The position numbers and the translations under genes were made by a program. A stretch of 64,000 bases of DNA. Source: Myxococcota bacterium. GTDB lineage: Bacteria; Myxococcota; UBA727; JABDBI01. Below, one piece after another: positions 8,558 to 18,331 of this stretch; position 1 is the first letter of the stretch, and each line of letters opens with the position of its first letter. Below the pieces are notes generated by a model. The model ran no database searches. It was not told the origin of the DNA and was given only the letters and a program-made list of their open reading frames with translations. The DNA is taken from contig JAZKCZ010000002.1 of assembly GCA_040387835.1 (NCBI GenBank), positions 341,166-405,165 on the forward strand, given 5' to 3'.

Positions 8558-8984
8558 CAGGCTGGCTAGTAGTTGTTTGCCTACCGGCATATAAACTTAT
8601 CACCGTCATGATTAGGCCCGATCCAGCCATACTCGGACCAACAATTAAAATCCAGAAACTACCTTTGTCTATGCCTTTTTGTTTCAAAGGGCCTTTGAAA
8701 TCCGAAGTGGTATTCGATTTACAAATGTTTGCACCTTTCCCTAGATTAATCAGTTGGGTGTAATTCGACTGCGAATCGCAATAGATAAAGTCGTCCGTTT
8801 CTTGTGTACGAAGTATAGCGCCTGCGATTGTTAGGCCAATTCCGCATAAACCTATCAACGAGGTTGCGACCAACTCCTTCTTGGTTTCGGCATCATAAGA
8901 GGCAGAGGCAAACGGAGTAACGATCATCAGACAAAAAACTAAGCAATGTTTTTTATAGTTCGCTTGAAGATACATGGTGGCCAC
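8541..8984 (-). CDS. Small membrane protein, paralog family member A (147 aa)
   Basis: MATMYLQANYKKHCLVFCLMIVTPFASASYDAETKKELVATSLIGLCGIGLTIAGAIL, a Cys-containing middle region, and a C-terminal helix SFWILIVGPSMAGSGLIMTVISLYAG. Confidence 0.55.
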   Translation of the reverse strand: MATMYLQANYKKHCLVFCLMIVTPFASASYDAETKKELVATSLIGLCGIGLTIAGAILRTQETDDFIYCDSQSNYTQLINLGKGANICKSNTTSDFKGPLKQKGIDKGSFWILIVGPSMAGSGLIMTVISLYAGRQTTTSQPAVQHI

Positions 8985-9014
8985 AACAACTAGACCCCGG
9001 CGCCTAATCCGCTT

Positions 9015-12000
9015 CTAAACACTCGTCCGAACAGCCTTCTTCACGCCACTGAGATTTTCCAGTTGAGCCAAAAAGGTATCCGACGCTTCCACGCGGATAT
9101 GGTCGCCGCATATCATATAGGTATTGAACCCTTCCGGGTGCTCAAAAATAAGCCTCATCGGCTTTTGACCGCGATGTTGCTCGCACAAAGTTTGTACCGC
9201 TTTAAGCAAGTCGGATGCATCGGAAGTAAGCGTTATATCTACAAAGCGTGTCTTTTCTTCCTGAGCCTTAGAAAGCATGGTCACGCTTTCAAGGCGCATC
9301 TTGGGCATGCCAACGTGGCCGTCATCGTCGATATCATCGATTAAGATTCGACCCTTAATTAAGAGAGGCTCTTTACTTTTAAGCAAGGCTTCATGCTCTG
9401 CGTAGGATTTATTGAACGCCAAGACTTCCACGCGCCCGAAGTTATCTTCTAAAGTCACCACGGCCCAGCGGCCCTCGCCGCTTTTGAGGACGCGTTCTTT
9501 TAGCTCGGCCACGATGCCCATGACTTGAACGGACTCTAAATGCTTCGCACTGGTGAGTTGCGCTGTAGCTAACACTCCTAGGCGTTTGGCTTCAGATTGG
9601 TACCGATCTAAAGGATGGCCCGACAAATAAAAGCCTAAAGTTTCGCGCTCGAAGTTGAGCTTTTCTTTCTCAGGCCATTCTTTGCATGACTCGTAGACTT
9701 CGGTGCTTTCGGTTTCTAAGGCGCCGAACAAAGATGTCTGACCACGCTCTTTGTCTTTTTGGGATTTCTGTGCGGAGGCAATCGCTTTTTCCACGGCTAA
9801 AAATAGCTGCTTTCTGGGCCTGCCGAAGCCATCGAAGCCGCCCGATTTGGTCAGGGCTTCTAAAACCTTCTTGTTAATCTTTTGTAGAGGCACTTGCTCG
9901 CACATTTGAAAGAGATTTTTGAACGGGCCATCTTTTTGGCGCGTTTCTAAAATCACCTCCAACGCGGCATCGCCCAAACCTTTGATCGCTTCCAAGCCGA
10001 ATCGAATGCGGCCTTCATCGACAGTGAATTTTCTCGACGAGGCGTTAATATCAGGCGGCAAAACTTCGATACCGGAGCTTCTAGCTTCTTGGATATACTT
10101 CACCACATCGCCTGTGGAATCAGAAGAGGTGGTGAGCAGCGCTGCCATGAACTCAACCGGGAAGTAGCATTTCAAATAGGCTGTCTGATAAGTAATCATC
10201 GCATAGGCAGCAGCATGGCTCTTGTTGAAGCCGTAACCAGCGAACTTCTCGATCGAATCGAAAATACCAGCCGCTTGGTCACCATCCACGCCGTTTTTCT
10301 GAGCACCAGAGATGAAATCTGCGCGCTGCTTTTGCATCTCCTCGAATTTCTTCTTACCCATCGCGCGTCTGAGTAAATCTGCGGTGCCTAAACTATAGCC
10401 GGCTAAAACCTGAGCGGCCAATAAGACTTGCTCTTGGTAAACGAAAGTTCCGTAAGTTGGTTTTAGAATCGCTTCCAACGATGGATGCGGATAGATAACT
10501 TTTTTACGGCCGTGCTTTCTATCAACGAAATCATCTACCATCCCGGACTGCATCGGTCCTGGTCGATAGAGAGCGCCTGCAGCAATAATATCTTCGAAAC
10601 AGTCAGGCTTTAGCCTTCGACACAAATCTTGAAAACCGCCGGATTCTACCTGGAACACGCCCAGCGTGTCACCAGAGGCAATTAGTTCGTAGACTTTTTT
10701 GGACTCAGGCGCGTTGGGCGATAAAAGCTCAACGTTTAATTCAGGCTTGCCTTCTCGTCTTAATCGCTCGTTAACCAGATCCTCGGCATGGGTGATAACA
10801 TCGAGTGTCTTAAGCCCCAAAAAGTCGAACTTAACGAGACCTGCATATTCGACTTTGTCTTTGTCGAACTGAGTAATAAATTCGCCATGCTGACCTTGGA
10901 AAATCGGCACGTACTCAACCAGCGGTTTATCGCCAATGACAATGCCGGCGGCATGCATACCTACCTGGCGGTACAAGCCTTCCAAGACTCGAGCAGTATC
11001 CAAAATACGCTGGTAAACCGGATCTTGGCGCGCTTTCTCTTTAAGCTTCGGCGCATATTCAAGCGCTTCATCTAAATCAGGTTTTTGACCGTCAATGAGG
11101 AGCGGCATCGGTTTGGTCAGTTCGTTGATTTCCGAAAATGGAATACCCAGCGTTCTGGCAACGTCTTTCACCGCGCTTTTGGGATTGAGGCCCGAATACG
11201 TCGCAATCTGACCGACGTGGTCTTTGCCATAGCGATCGGTTACATATTGAATCACTTCGCCGCGGCGCTCTTGCATGAAATCGATGTCGAAGTCGGGCAT
11301 GGAAACTCGCTCTGGATTCAAAAAGCGTTCAAAGAGCAAATTATAAGGAATCGGATCTATGTCCGTAATGCGCACAGCATAAGCCACCAAACTTCCAGCA
11401 CCTGAACCTCGGCCGGGACCCACACGAATACGACCATCTTTAGCCCAGTTAATAAAGTCCTGAACAATGAGAAAGTAGCCAGAAAATCCCATGCGGATAA
11501 TAACATCCAACTCAAGATTAAGCCTGGCCAAATATTGATCTTGATCGACTGGATACGGGAACTCTTTAAAACGGCGCAATAACCCTTGAACCGCTAAATG
11601 CCTTAAAAAATCGGCTTCATCTTGATGGCCTTGAGGAATTGGAAAGCTCGGCAAAAAAGTTTTGCCCAGTTTCATGTCTACTTTGCAGCGAGCGCCTACT
11701 TCACAGGCGGTTTCGAACGCTTTGGCGAAATCGGACTTCAATAAATCCCACATTTCCTGGCCAGAACGGATGTAGAACGCATCAGTCTCGTGCTTGTGAA
11801 GGGTTGGATCGTCCCAGGCTTTTTGTTGGCGGATGGCCATCAAAATATTTTGGGCATCATGCTCTTCCCGGTTCACATAATGGCAGTCGTTGGTGGCGAT
11901 GAGCCTAAGGCCCTCGCTGGTTGCCATTTCGGCCAAATGGGCATTCACGCGATTTTGAATATCGATGCCATTGGGCTGGACTTCCAAGAAAAAGTGGTCC

Positions 12001-12530
12001 GGCCCGTAAATCCGCTTGAACTCGCGAACGGCTTCCCGCGCGCCATCCAAGTCTTCTTTGGCACACTTTTTGCCTACTTCACCGCCCAAGCAGGCGGTGG
12101 AGGCAATAATGCCTTCGCGATGCTCGTAAAGCAGATCTTTGTCGACTCGAGGGTAAAAATACTTACCTTCGCAGAAGGCTTTGGAAGATAATTTTCGTAG
12201 GTTGTCGTAGCCGATATCGCTCTCAGCCAGCAGCACCAAATGGAAGTTCTCACGAACTTTATCGGTGTATTTTGCCTTGCCCGTTACATAGGCTTCCATA
12301 CCCATGATCGGTTTGATCCCAGCAGCACGCGCTTGATTGTAGAAATCTAAAGCACCAAACATGTTGCCGTGGTCAGTCACAGCGACTTGTTTCATGCCAA
12401 GCTCGCTCACTTTTTTGACCAAATCTTTAATACGGATCGCACCATCTAGAAACGAATACTGAGTATGCAAATGCAAATGTGCGAAATCGTTGACTGACAT
12501 GAAGGAGTTCAGCTTGCCAAACTTAGGCAT
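9015..12530 (-). CDS. dnaE: DNA polymerase III alpha subunit
   Basis: 1171 aa. PHP N-terminus FAHLHLHTQYSFLDGA...VAVTDHGNMFG, then the polymerase core and OB fold. C-terminus ...AVRTSV*. Confidence 0.95.
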   Translation of the reverse strand: MPKFGKLNSFMSVNDFAHLHLHTQYSFLDGAIRIKDLVKKVSELGMKQVAVTDHGNMFGALDFYNQARAAGIKPIMGMEAYVTGKAKYTDKVRENFHLVLLAESDIGYDNLRKLSSKAFCEGKYFYPRVDKDLLYEHREGIIASTACLGGEVGKKCAKEDLDGAREAVREFKRIYGPDHFFLEVQPNGIDIQNRVNAHLAEMATSEGLRLIATNDCHYVNREEHDAQNILMAIRQQKAWDDPTLHKHETDAFYIRSGQEMWDLLKSDFAKAFETACEVGARCKVDMKLGKTFLPSFPIPQGHQDEADFLRHLAVQGLLRRFKEFPYPVDQDQYLARLNLELDVIIRMGFSGYFLIVQDFINWAKDGRIRVGPGRGSGAGSLVAYAVRITDIDPIPYNLLFERFLNPERVSMPDFDIDFMQERRGEVIQYVTDRYGKDHVGQIATYSGLNPKSAVKDVARTLGIPFSEINELTKPMPLLIDGQKPDLDEALEYAPKLKEKARQDPVYQRILDTARVLEGLYRQVGMHAAGIVIGDKPLVEYVPIFQGQHGEFITQFDKDKVEYAGLVKFDFLGLKTLDVITHAEDLVNERLRREGKPELNVELLSPNAPESKKVYELIASGDTLGVFQVESGGFQDLCRRLKPDCFEDIIAAGALYRPGPMQSGMVDDFVDRKHGRKKVIYPHPSLEAILKPTYGTFVYQEQVLLAAQVLAGYSLGTADLLRRAMGKKKFEEMQKQRADFISGAQKNGVDGDQAAGIFDSIEKFAGYGFNKSHAAAYAMITYQTAYLKCYFPVEFMAALLTTSSDSTGDVVKYIQEARSSGIEVLPPDINASSRKFTVDEGRIRFGLEAIKGLGDAALEVILETRQKDGPFKNLFQMCEQVPLQKINKKVLEALTKSGGFDGFGRPRKQLFLAVEKAIASAQKSQKDKERGQTSLFGALETESTEVYESCKEWPEKEKLNFERETLGFYLSGHPLDRYQSEAKRLGVLATAQLTSAKHLESVQVMGIVAELKERVLKSGEGRWAVVTLEDNFGRVEVLAFNKSYAEHEALLKSKEPLLIKGRILIDDIDDDGHVGMPKMRLESVTMLSKAQEEKTRFVDITLTSDASDLLKAVQTLCEQHRGQKPMRLIFEHPEGFNTYMICGDHIRVEASDTFLAQLENLSGVKKAVRTSV

Positions 12531-12556
12531 CTATTGCAAACTGGTACGGTCGATTT

Positions 12557-12985
12557 ATGGCAGCAATTATTTTATCCATAATTTTCCCTGGCTTAGGCAA
12601 CCTGAGCCAAGGTGATAAGCCGGGCGGGCTCGCTTTAATGAGCGCGGCTTTGGGCTTGATCCTCTTATGCATGTGGGACCTTTCATGGTTCACCACCATT
12701 TTCGTGGTTTTAGCTTATTTCAGTCTAATTTGGCATTCGGTCAGAGATATGCAAAAAGGTACGCGCCATACCGAATCCATTCAATATGTTTTAGGACTCT
12801 CTGCCGTAGTCGGGCCCTTTGCGTTGCCGCTTTTATGGCAAAATCGCAGCATTCACACACGGGCTAAAAAGATTTGGACCGCAGTTATTCTGTTCATTAC
12901 TGTCCTACTCGTGCTGGGCATGATTTACGTAGATCCCATGATAGAGCGAACTTTACAGACTTACCAAAGAATACTGACGACCTAA
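12557..12985 (+). CDS. Hypothetical small integral membrane protein (142 aa, about 4 predicted helices)
   Basis: Hydrophobic segments AIILSIIFPGLG, LALMSAALGLILLCMW, TTIFVVLAYFSLIW, AVILFITVLLVLGMIYV. Confidence 0.45.
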   Translation: MAAIILSIIFPGLGNLSQGDKPGGLALMSAALGLILLCMWDLSWFTTIFVVLAYFSLIWHSVRDMQKGTRHTESIQYVLGLSAVVGPFALPLLWQNRSIHTRAKKIWTAVILFITVLLVLGMIYVDPMIERTLQTYQRILTT

Positions 12986-13543
12986 ATCGCCGCGTCTATT
13001 TGAAAAGTAAGACTTCGGCTCCGAAAGGGTGCAGTTTTCTGAGACTTCGATGTTGACCACGCCAGCTTCTTCTAGTTGAGATCTAATCAGCCCTTTTAAA
13101 TCCAAATACGAACGGTCCCCCACGCCAGACTTCAGAAACTTTTCCGAAACTTGGCTAGCCACTTCAGGGCCAATCTCGAATCGATCAAAGCTCAAGCAAG
13201 GGCCGATTTGAGCATGAAAATCTGCCATAGACAGGCCCGTTTCGCGCCTCACTTCTGAAAGCGTCTTACCAACAATATTGGCAACAACACCTTTCCAGCC
13301 CGCATGAATCGCTACTGCGCACTGCCCATCTTTGTGCCACAAAAGCACCGGGCCGCAATCAGCGGTTTTGACAGCTAATAAAACATCCGCATCCGTTGTC
13401 CAAAGAGCATCTGCCTCAGTGCCGGCAATCATGGCCTGAGAATCGCTCGCGTGGACACGCAGGGCATGCGTTCCATGAACCTGTTTGGCTAAATAAGCAT
13501 TTTCCGGCAACAGTTCGAATCGATTTTGAAACTTGGTTAGCAT
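12953..13543 (-). CDS. pgeF: Purine nucleoside phosphorylase / polyphenol oxidase family protein YfiH/PgeF
   Basis: QVHGTHALRVH ... LAVKTADCGPVLL ... AIHAGWKGVVANIV are the DUF152/YfiH signatures. Confidence 0.8.
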   Translation of the reverse strand: MLTKFQNRFELLPENAYLAKQVHGTHALRVHASDSQAMIAGTEADALWTTDADVLLAVKTADCGPVLLWHKDGQCAVAIHAGWKGVVANIVGKTLSEVRRETGLSMADFHAQIGPCLSFDRFEIGPEVASQVSEKFLKSGVGDRSYLDLKGLIRSQLEEAGVVNIEVSENCTLSEPKSYFSNRRGDLGRQYSLVSL

Positions 13544-14112
13544 AAGCGTCTTTCAAGCTCCGACAGCAAGTTGCCGCTGATTTGCATATCGCCTAAACGT
13601 AAATCAATCAGCTGAAAGCCGCGCACACAAGATAGGACTTCAATGCCCCCGCGAAGAAGGCCGAATACTCTAAGCGCCTCGCCTAAATTTCCACACTGCG
13701 GCATAGAAGCCTGCATCTCAAAAGAGCCTGGTTGGTCCCAATTTCTGAGTGATATAAATTTCAGACCAACGCCCTTGCAAACTTCAGCGACACAGTCGGT
13801 GAACTCCGAAAAAATGGTCATGATTTTAAGCGAAGCCGTGCCCATTTCATAAACTGGCATTTGGGTGGAGTCATCGCGTTTTAGAGAAAAAGTAAACGAG
13901 CGCGCCGATCCGAACATAGCTTGCGATTTCTCTTCTTGTAGCCTTTGCCAAGTGTGATCAAGCTGATTCCTGGGAACGGAAAACACCATGGGGCCAGGGA
14001 GCGCGGATACGGCCAGCACTTCTCCTAGCTGCACCCAATCTTGCTCTTCGGTGCCATACCAAGATTTAAGATCATGAGAACTTTGGAAACCGACCCATAA
14101 TGGAAGTGCCAT
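13537..14112 (-). CDS. Hypothetical protein (191 aa)
   Basis: ORF overlapping the pgeF start by 7 nt. No recognisable domain. Confidence 0.5.
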   Translation of the reverse strand: MALPLWVGFQSSHDLKSWYGTEEQDWVQLGEVLAVSALPGPMVFSVPRNQLDHTWQRLQEEKSQAMFGSARSFTFSLKRDDSTQMPVYEMGTASLKIMTIFSEFTDCVAEVCKGVGLKFISLRNWDQPGSFEMQASMPQCGNLGEALRVFGLLRGGIEVLSCVRGFQLIDLRLGDMQISGNLLSELERRLC

Positions 14113-14209
14113 AAGTTCTAAACTTCACCTTTTAGTGGGCCAAAATCAAGTGCAGGGAGCAATATACTTGCTTGACAATAGTAGGTTAAAACACGAATAG
14201 GGGTTCATC

Positions 14210-15223
14210 TTGAAACGCAAATGCAGTTTAGAGCTTCAAAGCAAAGTGACAGCGAAAGACGGAACGCAATTATTCGTCCGAGTAATTCAGCAACCGTCTG
14301 CCATGGGTCGGATTCCTTTGATTTTGAACGACGGCCTAGGCTGTGATGGTTTTGCGTGGAAATATTTTATCGACTACTTTCAGCACCAACACCCAATTAT
14401 TCATTGGCATTACCGAGGGCATGGGCATTCGGATGTGCCGGAAGATTTGAACTCCATTAATATTGAACAATTGGCTGCGGACAGTATCACGATTCTAGAC
14501 GACTTAGGGATCCAAAGGGCCATTCTCTGTGGGCATTCCATGGGTGTGCAAGTCGCACTGGAAACTTTCAATTTGCAACCCCATCGTTTCGAAGCGATGG
14601 TATTGCTATGTGGCAGCTACGAGCATCCGCTAGAGACATGGCATGGACCGGCGAGAAGAGATGCGTCCCCTACCCTCATGAACCGGGCCATGAAATCGAT
14701 TTTTCCAGCGGTTTATCAAAAGACTCAGCAACATAAAACACTGTTGCAGCCTCTATGGTCTATCCTGATGAACACGGATATTCCCTATCGCTTTGCAATG
14801 CTTTCCGAAGTGAATCGGCATCTGATCAAAAAAGAAGATTTTACACCCTATTTTGAGCATCTTAGCGGCATGCAGGCGCATGTTTTCATGCAAACACTGA
14901 AAGCTTATTCGGAGCACAGTGGCCGTCATATTTTAGATAAGATTGATAAGCCGGCTTTAATTATTTGCGGGGGTAAAGACACTTTCTCACCTCATTGGGT
15001 ATCTTTGGAAATGCATCACGCGATTGACAATAGTGAGCTATTGTTTATTCCAGACGGCACGCATTGTGCTCCGATCGAGCACCCCGAACTTATCCAACTT
15101 AGAATCGAGAAATTTTTATGGCCACATCTTATGCAAGCGTTAAACAGTTCATGCAGGAACACTACCGACACTTCAACGCACGAACATGCGTCGAGGCGGC
15201 TGAGAGCTACTGCGAACAGCTAA
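14210..15223 (+). CDS. Alpha/beta-fold hydrolase
   Basis: GHSMGVQVAL nucleophile elbow (GxSxG) and a ...DGTHCAPIEHPE catalytic His region. The ORF track gives a TTG start. Confidence 0.7.
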   Translation: MKRKCSLELQSKVTAKDGTQLFVRVIQQPSAMGRIPLILNDGLGCDGFAWKYFIDYFQHQHPIIHWHYRGHGHSDVPEDLNSINIEQLAADSITILDDLGIQRAILCGHSMGVQVALETFNLQPHRFEAMVLLCGSYEHPLETWHGPARRDASPTLMNRAMKSIFPAVYQKTQQHKTLLQPLWSILMNTDIPYRFAMLSEVNRHLIKKEDFTPYFEHLSGMQAHVFMQTLKAYSEHSGRHILDKIDKPALIICGGKDTFSPHWVSLEMHHAIDNSELLFIPDGTHCAPIEHPELIQLRIEKFLWPHLMQALNSSCRNTTDTSTHEHASRRLRATANS

Positions 15224-16095
15224 AATTAGGCAATAAAATGCTGGTGACGCTTGCCGGCGCCATGAGCACAGCCGAACTGGGCATTTCGCTTGCTGAAATG
15301 ATTCGTCAAGACAAAGTCCACGCGATTTGCTGCACCGGCGCAAATCTCGAAGAAGACGTCTTTAACCTGGTCGCGCACAACTCCTACGAGCACATCCAAA
15401 ACTGGCGCGCACTCACAGCCGAGCAAGAGATGGCGCTCGCTGACAGAGGCTTAAACCGCGTCACGGACACCTGCATCCCGGAAGAAGAAGCGCTTAGAGC
15501 CATCGAGCATGTGATTTTGAAATACTGGCAGCAAGCTGACGGCGCAAAAACGCCTAAGTTCGCCTACGAATTCATGTATGAAATGCTGCTATCAGGCGAC
15601 TTAGAAAGCTCCTACCAAATCGACCCAAAAAACTCTTGGCTATTGGCTGCAGCTAAAAAAAACCTACCAATCTTCACTCCAGGCATCGAAGATTCGACTT
15701 TGGGCAACATCTTTGTCTCCAACTATATCCAAGGTAATCTCAAAAGCCTAGACACCCTTAAAAGCGGCATGCATCAAATGCATAAGCTTATTGGTTGGTA
15801 TCAAGAGTCCACCCAAACAAACAGCATCGGCTTCTTCCAAATCGGCGGCGGCATCGCAGGCGACTTCCCAATTTGCGTCGTACCCTTGTTAAGCCAAGAT
15901 CTTGGCTTAGATGTCAAATTATGGAGCTATTTCTGTCAAATCAGCGATAGCACCACCTCCTACGGATCTTATAGCGGTGCTGTCCCCAATGAAAAAATCT
16001 CCTGGGGCAAGCTGGATGGCGATTCCCCGAAGTTCATCATTGAATCAGACGCCACGATTGTTGCGCCGTTGATTTTTAGTTATATTCTGGCCTAG
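15118..16095 (+). CDS. Deoxyhypusine synthase-like (homospermidine synthase-like) family protein
   Basis: LVTLAGAMSTAELG ... CCTGANLEEDVFNL ... IGGGIAGDF motifs are typical of the DHS fold. The 5' end overlaps the hydrolase by ~100 nt. An alternative start is M at 15151. Confidence 0.7.
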   Translation: MATSYASVKQFMQEHYRHFNARTCVEAAESYCEQLKLGNKMLVTLAGAMSTAELGISLAEMIRQDKVHAICCTGANLEEDVFNLVAHNSYEHIQNWRALTAEQEMALADRGLNRVTDTCIPEEEALRAIEHVILKYWQQADGAKTPKFAYEFMYEMLLSGDLESSYQIDPKNSWLLAAAKKNLPIFTPGIEDSTLGNIFVSNYIQGNLKSLDTLKSGMHQMHKLIGWYQESTQTNSIGFFQIGGGIAGDFPICVVPLLSQDLGLDVKLWSYFCQISDSTTSYGSYSGAVPNEKISWGKLDGDSPKFIIESDATIVAPLIFSYILA

Positions 16096-16154
16096 GCTAA
16101 AAAGCAGACCGCAATTTCTTTACAAATACCAAGCCGGCAGGTTAAGACAGGTCA

Positions 16155-17480
16155 ATGCTGGCTCGTCTTTTCACTGGATTTGCACTTTTCTTATCGCTGG
16201 GCGCCTCGGCCACAGAGCTCACTCTGGATGACGCCGTGCAGGCCGCGCTAACGAATTCTCGACAGATTAAAATTGCAGGAATCGGTTCCACCTTGGCGAG
16301 AACATCTATTTGGCGTGATGTTGCCATGATGAGCCCCCAGTTGGCCCTTGGGTGGGGTTTAACTCAGTATGATTCCGCTTTTAAGAATGATATCCCCGGG
16401 ATGGGCTCCATCGTCATCCGGCCCGAACAGCTGTCTGCGGGCTACATTCAAGCGACTCAGCCTTTAACCCCTCTGGTTGGGCTTATCCAAAAGATTCGCG
16501 CCGATTACTCGTCCAGTCAAGCTGCCGCTCTGACTCATGAAAAGGCGAGAGTCGATATCGCATTTGCGGCAGCCACCACTTATCGTTTGGTTCAGCAGCT
16601 TGCCGCATTTAATCAAATTGCCATTGAGCGCGTTAAGTTGAGCGATAGGCGTGATGAAGAAACCAGCGCCATCTTTGAAGCAGGCAGGCTCAGTGAAACC
16701 GACTTGCTGCGTGTGCGAATGCGTTCAGGCGAAGCCAAAGTCGCGGCGGCCAATTTAAAAGCCCAATATGAATCCACGCTGGCGCAACTTCAAAACCTGC
16801 TTGGCATGGATCTTGAAGATTCAATCGAAATGCCACCCATCCCAGGTATGTCGCAAGACAATGCAACTTTTGTTGTTCCCAAGCTGCCTGAGCTTGATGG
16901 CAGCCAAACAACGGAACCGTCAAACTTGCAGCGTCTGGATATTCGGATTGCCCGATATCAACAAGAAGCAAGCTCTCGAACCAACGTTTTAAGCATGGCA
17001 TCTTTCCTACCTGTCTTAAATGCGTTTGGGCGTTTTGACAAAAACTTCGCCGATGCCGGCGCATTTGTTCCGCCGCAATATTATAGTTTCGGGCTCACGC
17101 TCACTTGGAATGTATGGGACGGCGGGGCACGATTCATTGACATGCGTGCAAGCTCCTTAATGCTGGCGAAAGCGAATCTCGAAATGGTCGAGACCTCTCG
17201 TTTAGCCATCATTGACCAACGCAAAAAGGCTCTTGAGTTCCAGGCAGCCAAAGAGGCACTCGCTGTTCAAAAGATAACAATCGAACAAGCAAACCAAGCT
17301 TATGAAGGCAACAACGAACGCTTCAAACTTGGCGGCATCACCGTAACCGACCTGCTCCAGTCCGAACTCGAGATGAACAACGCCAAAATGTCCTGGGCTG
17401 AAGCACTCATTAACGTCGATATTAAACATATGGCCCTTGAACAAGCAGAAGGCGCCAAGCGTCCAACGAGTATTTTATGA
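16155..17480 (+). CDS. TolC-like outer membrane efflux factor
   Basis: Signal peptide, 441 aa, two-repeat helical/beta-barrel pattern. First gene of a three-gene efflux operon with 4-nt overlaps. Confidence 0.8.
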   Translation: MLARLFTGFALFLSLGASATELTLDDAVQAALTNSRQIKIAGIGSTLARTSIWRDVAMMSPQLALGWGLTQYDSAFKNDIPGMGSIVIRPEQLSAGYIQATQPLTPLVGLIQKIRADYSSSQAAALTHEKARVDIAFAAATTYRLVQQLAAFNQIAIERVKLSDRRDEETSAIFEAGRLSETDLLRVRMRSGEAKVAAANLKAQYESTLAQLQNLLGMDLEDSIEMPPIPGMSQDNATFVVPKLPELDGSQTTEPSNLQRLDIRIARYQQEASSRTNVLSMASFLPVLNAFGRFDKNFADAGAFVPPQYYSFGLTLTWNVWDGGARFIDMRASSLMLAKANLEMVETSRLAIIDQRKKALEFQAAKEALAVQKITIEQANQAYEGNNERFKLGGITVTDLLQSELEMNNAKMSWAEALINVDIKHMALEQAEGAKRPTSIL

Positions 17481-18331
17481 AACATCGCAGCACTTCTTCC
17501 TTGATCATTATAATCACACTGGCCCTTGCCGGTTGCTCTGAAAAAAAAGCGGCTTTGCCCGAAAAAGCGCCAGCTATTCCAGCGCAGGTTCAAAAGGAGC
17601 CTCTTCAAGCGGCTGAGCAAAAAGACGAAATACGCTTGATGGGCCAAGTATATTCGCCAGGCAAGATGCTTCTGGCATTCCAAACCGCTGGCACCATCAA
17701 GTCATTGACTGGCCAGCCAGGCATGTCGTTTAAAAAAGGCCAGGTTTTGGCTGAGCTCGACTCAAAAGATATTGCCTTGAGAGCAGAAGCAGCGAAACTG
17801 CGTGCCGAGCAAGCTCAAAACCAAAAGAAGATGGCAGAGCGAGATTTTAAAATCGAGCAAAGCCTTTACGATAAAAAAATCACTTCCAAAGTGCAGTTTG
17901 AAAATCTGCGTACGAACTACGACAACGCCGAAATCACTGCCAAGTTGGCTGACGTTGACGCCCGCATGGCTCAAAAGGCGTTAAACGACGCCAAGCTCAT
18001 CGCACCATTCGATGGTGTCATTGCAAGACAAATGAAGTCTTTGGGCGAGTCATCCATCGGTGGTGAAGGCGGCAGCGCGGTCTATGAAATTTACGAAACT
18101 GCTGCATTGGAAATCCGCCTAGAAGCCCCCGAAAGCATGCTGAGTAAAATCGCCATTGGCGCACCGATTGAAATCGAGTTCCCCGCTCTAAAAATCACGC
18201 TTCCTGCCAAGGTTACTCGTTTTGTCCCGGTGATTTCCGACAGAACACGAAATTTCACCGTCACAGCAATATTAGATAAACCTGATGCCCGCGTCGTACC
18301 AGGCTTCTTCGTCGAAGGCGTTATCCGATGA
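17477..18331 (+). CDS. RND efflux periplasmic adaptor (HlyD/MFP family)
   Basis: Lipoprotein-like N-terminus (LALAGCSE), coiled-coil hairpin, beta-barrel C-terminus. Between the outer membrane factor and the RND pump. Confidence 0.8.
   Translation: MKHRSTSSLIIIITLALAGCSEKKAALPEKAPAIPAQVQKEPLQAAEQKDEIRLMGQVYSPGKMLLAFQTAGTIKSLTGQPGMSFKKGQVLAELDSKDIALRAEAAKLRAEQAQNQKKMAERDFKIEQSLYDKKITSKVQFENLRTNYDNAEITAKLADVDARMAQKALNDAKLIAPFDGVIARQMKSLGESSIGGEGGSAVYEIYETAALEIRLEAPESMLSKIAIGAPIEIEFPALKITLPAKVTRFVPVISDRTRNFTVTAILDKPDARVVPGFFVEGVIR

Noticed and set aside
6214-9035. Integron-like cassette array (CALIN): same-strand small ORFs each followed by an imperfect palindrome
   Set aside because: No intI. 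No recognisable attC R''/R' core sites (RYYYAAC...GTTRRRY) at the boundaries. The palindromic elements also occur as an inverted pair with long, highly similar arms. That fits MITE/REP-like repeats better than attC sites. The hypothesis is kept only as a low-probability alternative.
14172-14200. sigma70-like -35 TTGACA at 14172-14177 upstream of the alpha/beta hydrolase gene
   Set aside because: No convincing -10 hexamer at 16-18-bp spacing. The gene also appears to start at a TTG only ~10 nt further on. Not reportable as a promoter.
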